Assembly: GCA_018061755.1 (NCBI GenBank)
Contig: JAGOTP010000002.1
Coordinates: forward strand, 35,309 to 99,308
Source: Patescibacteria group bacterium
GTDB taxonomy: Bacteria > Patescibacteriota > Patescibacteriia > 2-12-FULL-60-25
DNA length: 64,000 nt
Direction of reading: 5' to 3'
Part shown: piece after piece, positions 61,594 through 64,000 of the stretch
Layout: each line of letters begins with the position of its first letter
Position numbering within the stretch: the first letter of the stretch is position 1
The notes under the pieces: model-generated
What the model was told of the DNA's origin: nothing
The model's input: the letters and a program-made list of their open reading frames with translations, nothing else
Database searches by the model: none
Translations under genes and position numbers: made by a program

Positions 61594-61640
61594 TCAAGCT
61601 CGCCCCGGGACACTCCCGGCTGGCGAGCTTGATTCGTTCT
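61594..61640. terminator. Hairpin terminator between the convergent island-9 ORF and murB
   Basis: CAAGCTCGCC (61594-61603) pairs with GGCGAGCTTG (61621-61630), with a nested CCGGGA/TCCCGG. It is followed by ATTCGTTCT. Confidence 0.5.
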
Positions 61641-61654
61641 AGGCCTCAAGTGTT

Positions 61655-62662
61655 TTATTCAAATCCCACGTATTGCACCTCTTCGTGCATTTCAATCCCA
61701 AACTCATCACGGATCTTGCGTTTGATAAGAGAAATCAGCCCGATGACATCCTGAGCACGAGCCTGGCCTTTGTTCACAAGAAAATTTCCGTGCTTGGTGC
61801 TCACTTCAACCTGACCGACCGCCTGACCCAAGAGTCCGGCTTGATCGACAAGCCAGCCAGCACCCAGCGATTTGTTTTTCAGCATCGAATCTGGAACAGC
61901 CACCTCTCGTCGCAGTAGTTCAAGTTCGGCTTCATCCGTGAATTCAAAATTCTTGAAAGCACAGCCAGCACTCGATTGCTCGAGTGGTTGCTTTTCCTTT
62001 CGTTGGCGCATGATGTCTTCCATGCGTTGTTTGCCAGCTGCGACATCAAGAGAAGGCTTAAGGCTCAAGGTACAACCTAGAATCAAATGAGGCTCTTGTT
62101 TAAAGAGACTTTCGCGATAGCCAAAGTGACAGTCCTCTTTCGAGAGCTGGATGCGCTGACCGTCTGCGAGACGATAAGCATCAACTGAGACGACTGAATC
62201 ACGCATTTCGCCGCCATAACAACCGGCGTCACCGTAGACAGCTCCGCCGATCGTGCCTGGCACGCCAATTGCCCACTCAAAACCCGTCAGACCCGCGTCG
62301 ACTGTTTTGCGTGCGACTAAGCCCGTGATCGCACCACTTTCTGCCGTCACAGTCGTGCCGTCCACCTGAATCGTACGATTGGCCATTTGAATCAACAAAC
62401 CTTGATAGCCATCATCAGATACTAACAAGTTTGAACCACCGCCAAAAACAATCTTAGGAATATTATATTCTTCTGCAGTCTGTAAAGCACGGATCGCCTC
62501 GTCTGAGGAGTTGGCAATAAAATACAAACGAGCCGGACCACCGATGCGGAAACTCGTGTGTTTCGACATTGGCTCGTTTTCGATCGTTCCAGGAACACGA
62601 GCTAGAAAGGCGGCGACTTGTTCAGACGAGAGCATAGGCAATTTTATAGATATCTCCGGCAC
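61655..62662 (-). CDS. murB: UDP-N-acetylenolpyruvoylglucosamine reductase
   Basis: FRIGGPARL...FGGGSNLLVSD (FAD-binding PCMH), GLTGFEWAIGVPGTIGGA...SAGCAFKN and EV.YVG at the C-terminus. Confidence 0.93.
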   Translation of the reverse strand: MPEISIKLPMLSSEQVAAFLARVPGTIENEPMSKHTSFRIGGPARLYFIANSSDEAIRALQTAEEYNIPKIVFGGGSNLLVSDDGYQGLLIQMANRTIQVDGTTVTAESGAITGLVARKTVDAGLTGFEWAIGVPGTIGGAVYGDAGCYGGEMRDSVVSVDAYRLADGQRIQLSKEDCHFGYRESLFKQEPHLILGCTLSLKPSLDVAAGKQRMEDIMRQRKEKQPLEQSSAGCAFKNFEFTDEAELELLRREVAVPDSMLKNKSLGAGWLVDQAGLLGQAVGQVEVSTKHGNFLVNKGQARAQDVIGLISLIKRKIRDEFGIEMHEEVQYVGFE

Positions 62663-64000
62663 CCATTACGACCAACACATCGTTTGGCAGCAGGGTCCGC
62701 TGAAGCATACTTAGCGCTTCATCGGGATTTGAGGCATACGAAACTGTTTGTTGTACCTTTTTTTCTCCATTGTACGCTTCAACAGCACGGATCAGATCCC
62801 TCGATGAAACAGTTTCATCTTCCGACTGGTCACGACCCTTTACATCATAGATCTCCGATAGGACGAGTGCATCCGCCAGACCAAAACAGCTCACAAATTC
62901 TTGAAATAAATGCTTCGTACGGTTGCGATGATGGGGCTGGAAACACAATACGATCCGCCGACCTGGATAGAATTCTTTTATGGCTTCCAGCGTCTTCGTG
63001 ACCGCCGTTGGATGATGACCGTAGTCCGAAAACACGGTGATGCCATTCTTTTCACCAATTTTTTCCAAGCGACGCCAAATTCCTTGGAAAGCTTCAATAC
63101 CAGTAGCGATCCGCCCCCTTGAAAGAGCCATGCAATCTCCAACGACGAAACACATAGCCGCATTTCTCGCATTCATCTCTCCGGGGATAGCAAGCGTCAG
63201 GTCTACTCTGCCTCGAGCCGTGAAAAGGGATATGATCTGCTTCCCATTCTCTACCCTGCGTTCACCGATTTGATAATCTACATCATCTTCCGTCCCTACC
63301 AGCATGATCCTGATACCATGCTCCTTCAAAAAAGGATTCATCTCTGACAACACTCTGCGAACCAATGGATCATCATCATTCGCGATAATAACTCCTCGTT
63401 CAACGACTCGTTCAATTAACGAGCGATAAGCACTAAGCATCGCTTCAACCGTGGGGTACACATCGAAGTGATCTCCTTCGATATTATTGATAACGAGAAT
63501 TCTTGGGCGGTAGGCTAAAAAATGATGATCAAACTCGTCGCCTTCGGCAATCAAGTAATCAAAATCAAAGGCACCATCCGTATCAGACAGCTCTAGATTT
63601 CCATCACTAAACTGAGGAACGCGTGTTCCCACGACGGCGACGATCAATCTTTTAGTCGCTTTTGCCATGACTCCAATCATGGCGGTCGTGGTGCTTTTCC
63701 CATGTGTCCCTGTGACGATAATTTGATCCATGTCCTCGTCCTCTCCTAACAGACCGAGAAACTGGTGGCTGTTAAAGGCTGGGAGACTTCTTCGACGCCC
63801 TTCCGCGCGTTCTGGATTCTCTTCATTCGCCGCCGAAGAAAACACGATCGCTTCGGTTTCAGACGGAACATGTTCCGCTGCATGACCAATTGCAATCTGA
63901 ACTCCACGCTGACGGAGCTCCTCGAGGAGTTCATTCTCCGCCAGATCCGAACCTGACACCTTGACGCCTAAAGCGAGAAGGAGTTTCGCGATCGCAGAGA
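62622..64000 (-). CDS. murC: UDP-N-acetylmuramate--L-alanine ligase (N-terminus outside the window)
   Basis: VTGTHGKSTTT (P-loop), NIEGDHFD and DYGHHPT. The reading frame stays open to the right edge (..SAIAKLLLALGVKVSGSDL). Confidence 0.93.
   Translation of the reverse strand, partial: SAIAKLLLALGVKVSGSDLAENELLEELRQRGVQIAIGHAAEHVPSETEAIVFSSAANEENPERAEGRRRSLPAFNSHQFLGLLGEDEDMDQIIVTGTHGKSTTTAMIGVMAKATKRLIVAVVGTRVPQFSDGNLELSDTDGAFDFDYLIAEGDEFDHHFLAYRPRILVINNIEGDHFDVYPTVEAMLSAYRSLIERVVERGVIIANDDDPLVRRVLSEMNPFLKEHGIRIMLVGTEDDVDYQIGERRVENGKQIISLFTARGRVDLTLAIPGEMNARNAAMCFVVGDCMALSRGRIATGIEAFQGIWRRLEKIGEKNGITVFSDYGHHPTAVTKTLEAIKEFYPGRRIVLCFQPHHRNRTKHLFQEFVSCFGLADALVLSEIYDVKGRDQSEDETVSSRDLIRAVEAYNGEKKVQQTVSYASNPDEALSMLQRTLLPNDVLVVMGAGDIYKIAYALV

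Noticed and set aside
940-61640. The idea that the GC-rich units are integron-type cassettes, with their terminal hairpins acting as attC sites.
   Set aside because: The units are dispersed rather than arrayed and each has its own promoter. No intI-like gene is present. The hairpins lack the R''/L''-L'/R' organisation and GTTRRRY-type core, and they look like ordinary terminators.
61443-61754. 103-aa ORF in a second frame overlapping the end of the island-9 gene.
   Set aside because: It reads through both terminator hairpins and into the convergent murB 3' end, and it has no SD. A frameshift possibility is noted in the island-9 finding, but this ORF is not called as a separate gene.

Overview
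This 64 kb window is a compact bacterial chromosome segment. All functional calls come from reading the ORF translations for motifs; no alignments or searches were run.

Backbone: G+C is moderate (42-52% in hand counts of single 60-nt lines) and most genes are on the minus strand.
- Housekeeping genes: lepB (partial), miaA, eno, pgk, ppa, gap, tsf, rpsB, prfA, rpmE, queA, mltG, nth, gpmI, secA, hpf, murB and murC (partial).
- Three tRNAs with genome-encoded CCA ends: Ile-GAU, Gln-CUG and Val-GAC.
- A surface-polysaccharide cluster: three GT2 glycosyltransferases plus a 933-aa three-domain NDP-rhamnose pathway fusion.
- An AbrB / HlyD-adaptor / ABC ATPase / two MacB-type permease export operon.
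- Assorted small enzymes: NDH-2, RecD-like helicase, HIT, SGNH, HD, NUDIX, PAP2, MOSC and methyltransferases.
- I saw no rRNA, CRISPR array, transposase, integrase or recognisable phage gene.

Main finding: the backbone is interrupted by nine short, sharply bounded GC-rich islands (68% and 80% G+C in two hand-counted 60-nt lines, with G/C-dominated third codon positions).
- Together they carry 12 ORFs, mostly with no recognisable function. About half have signal-peptide, lipobox or transmembrane features.
- Each island sits between backbone transcription units. Nearly all have their own sigma70-like promoter, Shine-Dalgarno site and hairpin terminator.
- None has a mobility gene or flanking repeat that I could see.

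Other points worth a second look:
- a 165-nt GC-rich long hairpin between convergent genes;
- a 595-aa protein with amidoligase-like motifs;
- a perfect consensus promoter nested in the prfA terminator;
- a perfect 14-nt tandem repeat in a 5' leader.

The lineage cannot be assigned from the sequence alone.
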